Notes: a model not told the origin generated them from the letters alone. A stretch of DNA of 64,000 nt from an uncultured Clostridia bacterium (GCA_934777505.1 CAKVNM010000004.1:14527-78526); one strand, 5' to 3'; shown: positions 17,309 through 27,623, counted from the first letter of the stretch. A program made the numbers and translations.

Positions 17309-18559
17309 ATGGAATATATTTTAATTGGATTAATCGCACTTTGCGTGGTGCTTCTACTCATTCTAATTTTTAAAAAATCAAAAGTGGAGTTTGGCGGAAA
17401 TATCGACAAAATGGTCGTTGACCTAAACGAAAAAAACAAGCAGGACTTAACCAATCTTTACTCGCTGATTAAGCAACTTCATGACTCGCAACTGGAAATG
17501 ATAAAACTATATAACGACAGCGTTGTTGCAAACATCAATAATATTAACAAAGCCACCGAACAAAACCTAAAAATGATGGCAGAAAAGATTGCAGAACTCA
17601 GTGCAAAAACCGAAAATCAAATGGACAAGTTGATTTATCAAACCAATCAAAGTTTGAGCGAAATCAACCAAAACAACTCCAAAAAATTGGACGAAATGCG
17701 TGTTATCGTTGACGACAAGTTGACTAGCACTTTAAATGATAGGTTAACAAAGAGTTTTCAGGTTGTCAGCGAACAACTTTCTGCCGTAACCAAAGGACTT
17801 GGCGAAATGCAGTCGCTTGCTAGCGGTGTTGGCGACCTAAAAAAAGTGCTAACAAATGTTAAAACTCGTGGAACTTTTGGCGAAGTTCAACTTGGAGCGC
17901 TTCTTGAACAAATGCTTGCTCCAAATCAGTTTTCAAGCCAAGTTATGCTCACAAAAAACAGCACCGAGCGTGTGGATTATGTTATCAACCTACCGGGAAA
18001 AGACGACAAGATTTTGTATCTTCCAATAGACGCAAAATTCCCAATCGAAGATTTTGTTAGACTCGTTGACGCCACCGAACAAGGCACGCTTGATATGATT
18101 CAAGCCAGCCAAAAGCAACTTGCCAAGCGTGTTAAGGAAGAGGCAAAATCAATCAGTGAAAAGTATATTCAAGTGCCAGACACCACCGATTTTGCTATCA
18201 TGTACTTGCCAACCGAAAGTTTGTATGCCGAAGTCATCAAGCAAGCAGGTTTGTTCGAACAAATCCAGCGGGACTACAAGGTTACAATTTGCGGTCCAAC
18301 AACACTTTCAGCACTCCTAAACAGTTTGCAAATGGGCTTTAAAACTCTAACGATTGAAAAGCGAAGCAGTGAAATTTGGACAATGCTTTCCACTTTCAAA
18401 AAAGAGTTTTCAACCTATGTTGAACTCTTAACCAAAACACAGAAAAAACTTAGCGAAGCCACCGACACTATCGAAAGTGCAACAAAAAAATCGGCTAAAA
18501 TTCAAAAGCAACTTTCAAAAGTTACTGATTTTGATGACGGCACGGGCTTGCTAGAATAA
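17309..18559 (+). CDS. rmuC: DNA recombination protein RmuC
   Basis: N-terminal TM, a long coiled coil, and a conserved RmuC C-terminal nuclease-like domain (RVDYVINLPG ... LPIDAKFP ... FAIMYLPTESLY). Confidence 0.8.
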   Translation: MEYILIGLIALCVVLLLILIFKKSKVEFGGNIDKMVVDLNEKNKQDLTNLYSLIKQLHDSQLEMIKLYNDSVVANINNINKATEQNLKMMAEKIAELSAKTENQMDKLIYQTNQSLSEINQNNSKKLDEMRVIVDDKLTSTLNDRLTKSFQVVSEQLSAVTKGLGEMQSLASGVGDLKKVLTNVKTRGTFGEVQLGALLEQMLAPNQFSSQVMLTKNSTERVDYVINLPGKDDKILYLPIDAKFPIEDFVRLVDATEQGTLDMIQASQKQLAKRVKEEAKSISEKYIQVPDTTDFAIMYLPTESLYAEVIKQAGLFEQIQRDYKVTICGPTTLSALLNSLQMGFKTLTIEKRSSEIWTMLSTFKKEFSTYVELLTKTQKKLSEATDTIESATKKSAKIQKQLSKVTDFDDGTGLLE

Positions 18560-18562
18560 AAA

Positions 18563-18597
18563 AACAAACAACTTGATTTTCAGGTTGTTTTTTTGTT
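18563..18597 (+). terminator. Intrinsic terminator after rmuC
   Basis: Hairpin AAACAAC / GTTGTTT followed by a T-run. Confidence 0.6.
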
Positions 18598-18650
18598 TGT
18601 ACATATTTTTTGTTTTTCTCCACAAAACTAATTTGAAATTGGAGAAAGAT

Positions 18651-20210
18651 ATGGATAATAGAAATCTTAATGAACATCAAAAAAACATGAAAAACAAGTC
18701 GAAAAAGCGAAACTTTTGGATAGGTTCGGGCTTTTTGGCTCTTGTTTTAATCATTGCTCTTGTTGGGCAACTGCAACTTTCCAACACGCCAAACGACACC
18801 TTTGGGAACGGAACATATATCAACGGGCAGTCCGTTTCGGGTTACACTGTCGAAAAGGCTAGCCAAGTTGTTGCTGACCAAATGAAAGACCAGATTGACG
18901 GCATAAAAGTGGAAATTATCTATAAAGACAAAATTTGGACTTTTACGCAAGACGATTTTGAAATTAACGAAGCCGTAAAAACAGTGGTTCAAAACGCATA
19001 TAACACTTATAAGTTCAGCACTGTGAATAATTCAAAAACAAGCAATTCTAATATTTTAAAGGGACTAAGTTCTACCGACAAAACCTATCGTGTTTCGCTC
19101 AAATCAACATTCAAAAACTTTAACGAAAAGATTGACGAAATCGTTGCTCAAATTCAAAAAGAGCCAAAAAATGCGATTGTTTCGTTCAATCCAGACGCCA
19201 CCGAAATGTTCACAGTTAGCGAAGGCGAAAGTGGAATACAAGTCGACACTGAAAAACTTTATCAAGACTTAGAAAATCAGTTTTTGCGAACAAAAGACAT
19301 CAAAGTTTATGTTAACACAACGGGCATAAAGCCAGAAATCGACAAATCATACTACGACAACAAACTAAACCTTATGAGCAAATTTTCAACAACCCTAAAA
19401 GACTCGCAAGAAGGCAGAAGGGCAAATGTTGACTTGGCTCTAAAAAAATTTAACGGAAAAGTTGTCAAGGCGGGCGAAAAAGTTTCGTTCAACGAAATCA
19501 CAGGCCCACAAACAGCCGAAGGTGGCTATAAGCCAGCAGTTGTTATCTACAATGGAAAGTTCACAACTGGAATTGGCGGTGGAATTTGTCAGGCAAGCAC
19601 AACGCTCTACAATGCTCTTGTGCTAGCAAACTTGGAAATTGACGAAGTTCACAAGCACACTTTGCCAGTTGGCTATGTTGAGTTATCGCTTGATGCAATG
19701 GTCAGCGAAGGATATAGCGACATGGTGTTTACAAATAACAGCGAAGACGATATCTATATCAAATGCTACACAAATCAAGACGAAGCAGTTGTTGAAATCT
19801 ATGGCAACAGCATTCCAGACGGTGTAACAATCAAGCGAGTTGCGGAATTTATCGGCAATATTCCACACAATGGCGACAAGATTATTGTTGACGAAAAAGG
19901 CGAGTATGCCGACAAGGTTCTCTACAAAGGCGAGTACTATCGAGTTAAGTACCCACGAGAAGGCTACGAAGCCAAAGCATACAAGGAAACTTTTGAGAAT
20001 GGCGAACTTGTCAAAAAAGAAGAAATCAGGCATGAAAAATATCAGCCAATAGACGGCATAATCGTGGAAGGCGCAAAAGAGCCACCAGAAGATTATGTTA
20101 TTCCAGAAACAGATGTTGAATTTATTAAACCACAAAAAATTGAAAACACCAATGTTGAAACAGTTGTTAAAAAAATAAAAAACCAAAACCCACCAAAATT
20201 CAATCCTTAG
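18651..20210 (+). CDS. VanW-family protein with C-terminal G5-like domain
   Basis: ATG at 18651 follows GGAG. It has a TM anchor, the VanW core GGGICQASTTLYNA, and a G5-like C-terminus (YKETFENGELVKKEEIRHEKYQPIDGIIVEG). Confidence 0.8.
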   Translation: MDNRNLNEHQKNMKNKSKKRNFWIGSGFLALVLIIALVGQLQLSNTPNDTFGNGTYINGQSVSGYTVEKASQVVADQMKDQIDGIKVEIIYKDKIWTFTQDDFEINEAVKTVVQNAYNTYKFSTVNNSKTSNSNILKGLSSTDKTYRVSLKSTFKNFNEKIDEIVAQIQKEPKNAIVSFNPDATEMFTVSEGESGIQVDTEKLYQDLENQFLRTKDIKVYVNTTGIKPEIDKSYYDNKLNLMSKFSTTLKDSQEGRRANVDLALKKFNGKVVKAGEKVSFNEITGPQTAEGGYKPAVVIYNGKFTTGIGGGICQASTTLYNALVLANLEIDEVHKHTLPVGYVELSLDAMVSEGYSDMVFTNNSEDDIYIKCYTNQDEAVVEIYGNSIPDGVTIKRVAEFIGNIPHNGDKIIVDEKGEYADKVLYKGEYYRVKYPREGYEAKAYKETFENGELVKKEEIRHEKYQPIDGIIVEGAKEPPEDYVIPETDVEFIKPQKIENTNVETVVKKIKNQNPPKFNP

Positions 20211-20400
20211 TTAAGAATGTTTGATATTACAAATATAAAGTGTGTTTAAAAAATTTGTGAATTAATGGCGAGCATAGATATTAAGTGTGCTAAGTTTGGA
20301 AACGCTTACAATTTTGCATAACAAATTGTCAGTTAAAAAGCAGAGTGAATACGATATTCACACGGCGTGCATAAACACAAATCAATGTGAATAGAAATAT

Positions 20401-20438
20401 AGAGATAGTTTAAAAACAAGGCAAACTATCTCTTTTTT
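20401..20438 (+). terminator. Intrinsic terminator
   Basis: Hairpin AGAGATAGTTT / AAACTATCTCT followed by TTTTTT. It lies about 190 nt after the vanW-like stop. Confidence 0.7.
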
Positions 20439-20447
20439 GTGGAAAAG

Positions 20448-20658
20448 TTATACACACTTATTCACAGTTGTTCACTTTTTTGGCACAAAAAGTGCCACCA
20501 AATAAAAATTTACAAAAATAAATTGTGGATAACTTGGGTATATTTGGTGGATAAGTGGATAACTTTTGTATATTTATGACTCAAAGGGTGCATTTTTATG
20601 CAAAATTCATAAATATTCATGCAAATTTATAATTATAAGTGTGTGTATAAGTGGATAA
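20448..20658. promoter_or_regulatory. DnaA-box cluster
   Basis: Seven 9-mers within one mismatch of TTATCCACA: TTATACACA at 20448, TTATTCACA at 20458, TGTGGATAA at 20524 (perfect), GGTGGATAA at 20546, AGTGGATAA at 20554, TGTGTATAA at 20642 and AGTGGATAA at 20650. Confidence 0.6.
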
Positions 20659-20804
20659 CTTTGTGCCACTTGTGTTTTTGCTTGATATTTCGTTAAAAAT
20701 TGGTGTTGATAAGTTTTTTTGGACTGTGAATTACTTTTCGTTTGATGAATTGTTTATTCATATTTTGCTTGGACAAGCCATATAGATATTGTAAAGGTGG
20801 AATT

Positions 20805-22325
20805 ATGAGTAAAAGAAAAAAACTTGCACTAATTTTATTTATAGGAATGATTGTTGTTTCCAGCATCGGTTTTGTTGGGTGTTCGAACAACTTTATTTCT
20901 AGTTTTAGCAAAGATGTAAACGAGTACACTCTTAGCGTGTCGGTGGACGAAGTCAATCACAAACTGTCCGCCACGCAGTCGGTGGACTACATTAACAAGA
21001 CAGACAAAAATCTGTCCAATGTGTGCTTTCACTTGTATGCAGACTCCTTTCAAAAGGGCGTATCAAACAAGCCAGTTAGCGTGCTGTATGAAAACAAGGC
21101 GTATCCAAACGGCGAAAGTTTTGGCGGAATAACTAGCCTAAAAGTTAGCCTAAACGGCAAGGAAGCAAACACTGAGCGAGAAGGCACGGATAAAACAATT
21201 TTAAAAGTAAACTTGGCGGAAGAACTCTGCCCACGGGAAAGAGTAAAAATTGATTTTGAATACACAATCGACTTGCCAAACATTAATCATCGTTTTGGCT
21301 ATGGCGACAACACAATCAATCTTGGTAATTTTTATCCCGTGGCTTGCGTGTTTGAAAACGGCGATTTTAACAAAAGCGAGTATCACTACAATGGCGACCC
21401 ATTTTATAGCGATATGGCAAACTATGATGTGACCATTAGCCACTACGATAACTATACACTAGCGTCAACTGGAAATGTTGTGTCTAGCGAAACCACTGAC
21501 CACCAAACCACCGAAAAAATCAAAGCGTTTGCAGTTAGAGATTTTGCCATGGTTCTTAGTAGCAAGTTTCAAGTTAAATCCGCAAAAGTTCAAAACACAA
21601 CAATAAATTATTACTACTACAGCGACCAAAATCCAGAGAAGTCACTGCAAACGGCGGTGGATAGCCTTAACACATTTAACAGCATGATTGGATTATATCC
21701 ATATCAAACGCTTGCGGTGGTCGAAAGTAATTTTGTTCATGGTGGAATGGAATTTCCAAACCTAGTTTTAATCAGCGATTGCCTAGAAAAGTACGAAGAT
21801 TATCAAAACACCATTATTCACGAGATTGCTCATCAGTGGTGGTATGGAATGGTAGGCAACAACGAGTATGACTATGGCTGGCTGGACGAAGGCTTGACCG
21901 AGTACACCACAGCGCTGTTCTACGAAAAAAATCCGTCATATAATCTTAGTTATGACGAGATTGTAAAGAATGCAAACAGTTCGTATTGTATGTTTGTTGA
22001 AGTGTATGACGACATTTTTGGCAAGGTCGACACCAGCATGAATAGAGCCTTGAACGAGTATAAAACCGAGCCAGAATATATCTATATTTCATATGTGAAA
22101 GGCTTGCTACTTTTTGATAGCCTTAGAGATGTGCTTGGAAGCAAAACATTTTTTAAGTGTCTAAAAAACTATTTCAAAACCTATCAAGGCAAAAATGCCA
22201 CTCCGCAAAGCATGATTGATAGTTTTGAAAGCACGAGTCTTAGAAATCTTGACAGTTTTTTTGATAGTTGGATTGACGGCAAAGTGGTTGTTGTTCCAAA
22301 AGAAGTCTTGCATCAAAACTCCTAG
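20805..22325 (+). CDS. M1-family zinc aminopeptidase-like lipoprotein
   Basis: HEIAHQWWYGMVGNNEYDYGWLDEGLTEY is the HExxH-18-E gluzincin motif. The signal peptide has lipobox FVGC. ATG at 20805 follows AAAGGTGG. Confidence 0.8.
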   Translation: MSKRKKLALILFIGMIVVSSIGFVGCSNNFISSFSKDVNEYTLSVSVDEVNHKLSATQSVDYINKTDKNLSNVCFHLYADSFQKGVSNKPVSVLYENKAYPNGESFGGITSLKVSLNGKEANTEREGTDKTILKVNLAEELCPRERVKIDFEYTIDLPNINHRFGYGDNTINLGNFYPVACVFENGDFNKSEYHYNGDPFYSDMANYDVTISHYDNYTLASTGNVVSSETTDHQTTEKIKAFAVRDFAMVLSSKFQVKSAKVQNTTINYYYYSDQNPEKSLQTAVDSLNTFNSMIGLYPYQTLAVVESNFVHGGMEFPNLVLISDCLEKYEDYQNTIIHEIAHQWWYGMVGNNEYDYGWLDEGLTEYTTALFYEKNPSYNLSYDEIVKNANSSYCMFVEVYDDIFGKVDTSMNRALNEYKTEPEYIYISYVKGLLLFDSLRDVLGSKTFFKCLKNYFKTYQGKNATPQSMIDSFESTSLRNLDSFFDSWIDGKVVVVPKEVLHQNS

Positions 22326-22443
22326 TTTGTTTTTGATAACTTAGTCAAGGTTTTATTAAGAAATATTTTAGTTGCATAGTTATATTTTGTTGCGATTTAG
22401 CATTTAAGACCAAAACTGCAAACAAAATTTTGACATTGTTAAA

Positions 22444-22477
22444 CAAAAAAAATCCCGCTAAAAAAGTGGGATTTTTG
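22444..22477. terminator. Bidirectional terminator between convergent genes
   Basis: Hairpin ATCCCGC / GTGGGAT flanked by an A-run and a T-run. Confidence 0.7.
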
Positions 22478-22480
22478 CGA

Positions 22481-23278
22481 TTAATTTTCGTCAATCTCGA
22501 ACAAGTTACCAAGGTTGTGCTGAGTTGCAACATCAATATATAGGTGCTTGCCTTCAATAATGCCGTAGTTAGCGAGTTCTGCCTTAACGGTGTTGTAGGC
22601 AAGGAGTGGATTGTTGTTTTCTTCGCTAAGGTGTGCTAGTATCACTTGTTTTAAGTTTGTGGAGTAGATATCTCGAATAATTCCTGCACAACTTCTGTTG
22701 GAAATATGACCCACTCTCGATAAAATTCTGTGTTTTAACGAAGATGAATATTTTGGATTGTTGAGCAAAAGATTTTCGTCATGATTAGATTCCAAAATCA
22801 AAATATTGCTGTCTTTTAGGTTGTCCAAAACAGTTTTGGTGGCATAGCCAAAATCGGTGGCAATGCTAATTTTGTTGCCCATGTGATAAAACGAGTAGCC
22901 AAGACAAAGATTGCAGTCGTGCGACAACTCAAAAGCACAAACGGTCAAATCTTGAATGTAGAAAGTTCCTGCCCTAAACGAGATTTTTTGAACATCGTCA
23001 AGTCTGCCAATTTTCTTTTCAAGAGTCTGCCATTCTCTTTCTTCCGCAAACACAAAACAGCCATATTTTCTTGCAAACGCTCCCACGCTTTTTATGTGGT
23101 CGCTGTGTTCGTGAGTTACACAAATTCCGTATATTTGCTCGGGTGCAACGGCAAGAATTTTTAGTTTCTGCTCGATTTCTTGAAGTGTAATGCCTGCGTC
23201 AATAAGTATCTTTGTATTATTAGTTTGTAGTAGCGTGCAGTTGCCTTTGCTACCACTTGCGAGTGTGATAAGTTTCAT
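22481..23278 (-). CDS. MBL-fold metallo-hydrolase (YycJ/WalJ-like)
   Basis: GNCTLLQT ... ILIDAG ... THEHSDH metallo-beta-lactamase motifs in a protein of about 265 aa. Confidence 0.8.
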   Translation of the reverse strand: MKLITLASGSKGNCTLLQTNNTKILIDAGITLQEIEQKLKILAVAPEQIYGICVTHEHSDHIKSVGAFARKYGCFVFAEEREWQTLEKKIGRLDDVQKISFRAGTFYIQDLTVCAFELSHDCNLCLGYSFYHMGNKISIATDFGYATKTVLDNLKDSNILILESNHDENLLLNNPKYSSSLKHRILSRVGHISNRSCAGIIRDIYSTNLKQVILAHLSEENNNPLLAYNTVKAELANYGIIEGKHLYIDVATQHNLGNLFEIDEN

Positions 23279-23427
23279 AACGCACTAATTATATCACAAA
23301 ATTTTCAAAAATTTTACTATTATAACGCAGTTTTTTGCTAATTTTTTACATTTTCCGTTTGTTTTTCCAATATTTTGCAATACGCTCTCAAAAGAATTTT
23401 TACTCACTTTTTACGCATACTAAAAGT

Positions 23428-24498
23428 ATGAAAACAAGTAGAATTTTTTTAGTATTGCTAATTTTAATATTATCGTCAAATATTTTTTGCGGTTGCAATA
23501 TGAGTAGTAGTGGAAGCGTCAAAAACGAGCCAAATTTGCTCATTCAATCGTCTTCGTATATTGACGCAAGCGAGTCCAAAACGCAAGAAGAACTTTTAAA
23601 AACTGTTTCGCCAGCGGTGGTTGGCATTAGTGCAATCAGTGGCAGAGAACAGTCTATTGGAACGGGCGTTTGTGTAGACTCAAAATCGTATATTTTAACA
23701 AACAATCATGTGGTCGAAAATGGCGATGTCTTAACGCTATATTTGTTTGACGGCTCAACTTGCAAGGCTAATCTGGTGTGGCGAGATGCGGGCTATGACC
23801 TTGCAATACTCCAAGCAACAAACCCAATCCCATATCTAAAAATGGCGGAAAGCGGAAGTTATAGTGCGGGCGAAGAAGTCATCGCCATTGGGACTCCGCT
23901 TGCACTTGCGTTCAAACATAGTGCAACAAAGGGAATTGTTAGTGCAACCAACCGAACTGTGCAGGTCGACAACTCGCTTGGCGAAAGCACTCTTGACAAT
24001 CTTATTCAACACGATGCGAGCATTAACCCCGGCAACAGCGGTGGCCCACTAATCAATATGCAAGGCGAAGTTATCGGCATCAACACCGTAAAAGTTGCCG
24101 ATGCGGAAGGTATGGGTTTTGCAATCCCAGTTGACACAATCCACCCACTTGTACAAAAACTTGGGGCAAACGGTCACTACGACACTGCTTATATGGGTGT
24201 GTTTGGCTATGATGCAAATCTTACTCACATCTTTGGCGGAAAGACGGGCTACTATGTTCAAAGCGTAGCGACAAAAAGTCCAGCCAGCATGGTGGGACTG
24301 GAAAAAGGGGATATTATTTTAAAAGTTAACGGCATAACGATTGATGACACTATGAGCCTTAGAAAACTGCTTTATTCGTTTGACTGTGGCGAGCAAGTGG
24401 AAATTGAATATTCCCACAACGGCGAAATTATGACCACAACTCTAACTTTGGACAAGCACCCTTGCTGTTATAAATCTCAAACAATTCCACAATATTAG
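23428..24498 (+). CDS. HtrA/DegP-like S1C serine protease with PDZ domain (lipoprotein signal)
   Basis: TNNHV (His), DLAIL (Asp), and GNSGGPL (Ser). The PDZ-like C-terminus is GLEKGDIILKVNG. The signal peptide has FCGC. Confidence 0.85.
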   Translation: MKTSRIFLVLLILILSSNIFCGCNMSSSGSVKNEPNLLIQSSSYIDASESKTQEELLKTVSPAVVGISAISGREQSIGTGVCVDSKSYILTNNHVVENGDVLTLYLFDGSTCKANLVWRDAGYDLAILQATNPIPYLKMAESGSYSAGEEVIAIGTPLALAFKHSATKGIVSATNRTVQVDNSLGESTLDNLIQHDASINPGNSGGPLINMQGEVIGINTVKVADAEGMGFAIPVDTIHPLVQKLGANGHYDTAYMGVFGYDANLTHIFGGKTGYYVQSVATKSPASMVGLEKGDIILKVNGITIDDTMSLRKLLYSFDCGEQVEIEYSHNGEIMTTTLTLDKHPCCYKSQTIPQY

Positions 24499-25025
24499 AA
24501 CTGGCTCAGTTGAGCAAAATTTGCAAAAAAGTTGGACAAACAAAAATTATAATTTTGCTTTAATAATATTAAAAAACCACAAAAAACATTAAAAAATCAG
24601 CAAAAAAGCCTAAAAAAATAGGTTTTTTGCTTTTTTTTCTTATAAAAAATCGTTTTTAAGTGTTGTTTTTATTAAATGTTGTTAATTTTTCATTAAAGTT
24701 TTATGATTAAATATTTTTCTATCTAAGTTTCATTGTAAAATTAATATTACTAGTTTTGATAACTTAGTTTTAAGGTTGCATGAATTAGTTATTCATTGAA
24801 AGAGTAAGATTGAAAAAATAATTATAAGCAAGACCCAAAAAGTCATAGTGCAAAGCCTAGCAAAAAGTTTATATAATAATTTTTTAAATCATTGTTGAAA
24901 ACCTTAGCGTTTTAACTCACACTTATTCAATAAAAAAAATCTACAAACTTTTACAATCCAACTTTGCAAAATCTAATGCAATAATCCCAAAATTATGATA
25001 TAATATTTTTATATAGGAGATTATT

Positions 25026-26136
25026 ATGTTAATTGATAGGGAAATTGAAATATTAGAAAACTGTCATCAAAAATTAGATGTAATAAAGCACTGCCTTTGA
25101 CATCGACAAACTAAACGCTGACTTAAAAGAATTACAAGCACTTCAAGCCAAGGACGATTTTTGGACTGATATCAAAAACGCCGAAGCCGTAAACAAAAAG
25201 GTTAGCAACATTCAAAACAAACTTGCACACTTTGGAAAAATCAGTCAGGAGTATTCTTCGCTGAGCGACTTTGCAATCCTTTTAAAAGATAGCGATGACG
25301 AAAGTTTGTATCACGACTTTTTGACCGAACTTGACGCACTCACAAAACTCATCGACCAAACATATTTGGAATCGCTTTTAAGCGGGAAGTACGATTCGCT
25401 CAATGCAATCATCACAATTCACTCGGGAGCGGGCGGAACGGAGAGTCAGGACTGGGCGGAAATGCTACTTAGAATGTATTTAAGATACGCCGAGCGAACA
25501 AAGTATAAAGTAAAAATGCTCGACTATCAAGCGGGCGATGATGCGGGCATAAAGTCGGTTAGTTTTATGCTCGAAGGCGACAATGCTTATGGCTATCTAA
25601 AAAGCGAAAAAGGCGTTCACAGACTTGTTAGAATCAGCCCTTTTGACGCAAACAAGCGTAGACACACATCATTTGCAAGCGTTGATGTTGTTCCAGAAAT
25701 CATCAACGATGACGAAATAAAAATTAACCCAGACGACCTTAGAATTGATACTTTTAGAAGCAGTGGGGCGGGTGGACAGTACATCAACAAAACAGATAGC
25801 GCAATAAGAATAACGCATATTCCAACTGGGATTGTTGTTGCTTGCCAAAGCGAGCGAAGTCAAATTCAAAACAAAGAAAGTGCTATGAAAATGCTCTATT
25901 CAAAACTTGCCGAACTAAAAGAAGAAAAGGAACAAGCCGAACTCAAAAACATTCAAGGCGACCTTAAAAAAATCGAGTGGGGCAGTCAAATTAGGTCTTA
26001 TGTTTTTTGCCCATACACCATGGTCAAAGACCACCGAACAGGTTTTGAAACGGCAAACATTCAGGCGGTTATGGACGGCGACATCGGCGACTTTATTAGC
26101 GAGTACTTAAAAAAGAGTTCTGTTGCAAAAAGTTGA
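25026..26136 (+). CDS. prfB: Peptide chain release factor 2, programmed +1 frameshift at CTT TGA C (25095-25101)
   Basis: Frame 0 reads MLIDREIEILENCHQKLDVIKHCL, then TGA at 25098. The +1 frame continues DIDKLNADLKELQ ... and joins the track ORF 25306-26136. SPF (RISPFD) and GGQ (SGAGGQ) motifs are present. Confidence 0.9.
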
Positions 26137-26435
26137 TTTTTTAAAAAAATATCTAAAAAAACAGTAAAAAAAACATAAAAAATCAAAAAAATTGCAAAAA
26201 TTATGAAAAAGTGCTTTTGATTTTTCACAAAAATATTTCAAAAAAACATATCATTATTATTTTGAAACTTTGATAAACTAATTTAAAGAAGCAGATAATT
26301 CTTGATGACTACATTAATATTAACAATAAAGAAAATGTTTTAAATATTGACATTTTCTTTTTTTATGTTACAATATTAATATATAAGTTATCGGTGCATA
26401 ATTTGCAAAACTAGGCAAGTTAAAGGAAAGTGTTT

Positions 26436-27503
26436 GTGGAAAAATTTGAAATCAAAAATTTTAGAATCAAAAAGTTTTTTATGGAGCATGATTATGAGCC
26501 TGAGTCTTATCTTGATGCTGTAAATTTTTTTAACGGCTACTATGGACTTTTGCCAAAAGCAAGTTTTGTAATTCAAGCACCAATCAATGACGAAGTTGTT
26601 GATGTGTTGGTTGACGAGTCTTATCCGTTTTCCGCCTTCATTCCAGAAGTTTGGGATATGCTAACAATTTCGCAACGAATGACTGCAATCAACATGGTTA
26701 AAAATTATTTTGCTAATCGTGACCAACTCAATCAATCCAAAAAACTTAGACTTTCTTTTATTAGTGCGTATCAAGACAACACGGGTGCTAGTGCATATAT
26801 TGCAACTTATGACTCGCACAGAATGTTATATATTAACGACAAGTATTTGTTTTTAAACACTGAAAGTTCGCTTGAACTTCTTGCAAATTTGTTCCACGAA
26901 CTAACTCATGTTTCTCAGCGTGACAAACAAGAAAGAATTGTTAAACAAAATATCACAGATGCTCAAACTTTTTCTAAACTTGTGATTGACTCATATAGCA
27001 CATTAAAAATATTGAGAAATGTTCTTAACGAGTGGCAAATCGACAATGTTATCAAAGTAAACAAAACTGTTCGTGGAAATCTAACAGACGAAGATATTAA
27101 CACGCTTTTGGAAATGTCAAAGCCAAACAATCAAGAAACTAGTTATCTAATTCAACTACTATATGCTTCGCTTCCATACGAAGCAGGTGCGGAAAACAGA
27201 GCCAGCAAACTTTACTCACAAGTTGTTAAAGATTTCAAAGATAGATATGGCTACAAAGCACGCTATTATCGTGAAGAGTACTATATGCAATATGCAAGAT
27301 ATCTTGAACACAAATATGGTTACAAACTTTCCAAAGACGATATTTTAAATTTTGGCAAAGTAAATGCGTTGATTTCAAATTTTGATACTCTTGGCGAAGG
27401 CTTGAAAGTTTTGGCAGAACTATATCGCAACAAACAGTTAACCTACACCGTAAACGAAAAAGATTATAAATCGGCGGTCGAAGAAACTTTTAAATTGCAT
27501 TAA
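26436..27503 (+). CDS. Unknown protein with a single HExxH motif (HELTHVSQ)
   Basis: ORF track entry. A GTG start at 26430 or 26436 follows AAAGGAAAG. I recognise no family. Confidence 0.55.
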   Translation: MEKFEIKNFRIKKFFMEHDYEPESYLDAVNFFNGYYGLLPKASFVIQAPINDEVVDVLVDESYPFSAFIPEVWDMLTISQRMTAINMVKNYFANRDQLNQSKKLRLSFISAYQDNTGASAYIATYDSHRMLYINDKYLFLNTESSLELLANLFHELTHVSQRDKQERIVKQNITDAQTFSKLVIDSYSTLKILRNVLNEWQIDNVIKVNKTVRGNLTDEDINTLLEMSKPNNQETSYLIQLLYASLPYEAGAENRASKLYSQVVKDFKDRYGYKARYYREEYYMQYARYLEHKYGYKLSKDDILNFGKVNALISNFDTLGEGLKVLAELYRNKQLTYTVNEKDYKSAVEETFKLH

Positions 27504-27623
27504 AAGTTGTATGACTGCAAGTTAGTTTAAGCATTTGATATAACATAATATAAAAAAGTCAGTTTGTTCTGGCTTTTTTTGTTAAATATTTGTTATTTAA
27601 TTTTTTTGGAGTATAATATAGGC

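Noticed and set aside
20211-20741. The DnaA-box cluster plus AT-rich tract as the chromosomal replication origin (oriC)
   Set aside because: No dnaA, dnaN or rpmH is nearby. Genes on both sides (8968-20210 and 20805-22325) are on the same strand, so there is no orientation switch. I kept it as a DnaA-box cluster only. A GC-skew analysis of the whole genome would be decisive.
22345-22602. 85-aa minus-strand ORF overlapping the 3' end of the MBL gene and the bidirectional terminator
   Set aside because: It overlaps the well-supported gene 22481-23278 in another frame and runs through the terminator hairpin.
24570-26200. Similar A-rich strings flanking prfB (AAAAAACATTAAAAAATCAGCAAAAAAG around 24583 and AAAAAACATAAAAAATCAAAAAAATTG around 26170) as direct repeats of a mobile unit
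   Set aside because: The sequence is low-complexity poly-A-rich, and the match is short and plausibly arises by chance. prfB is a core gene with its native frameshift.
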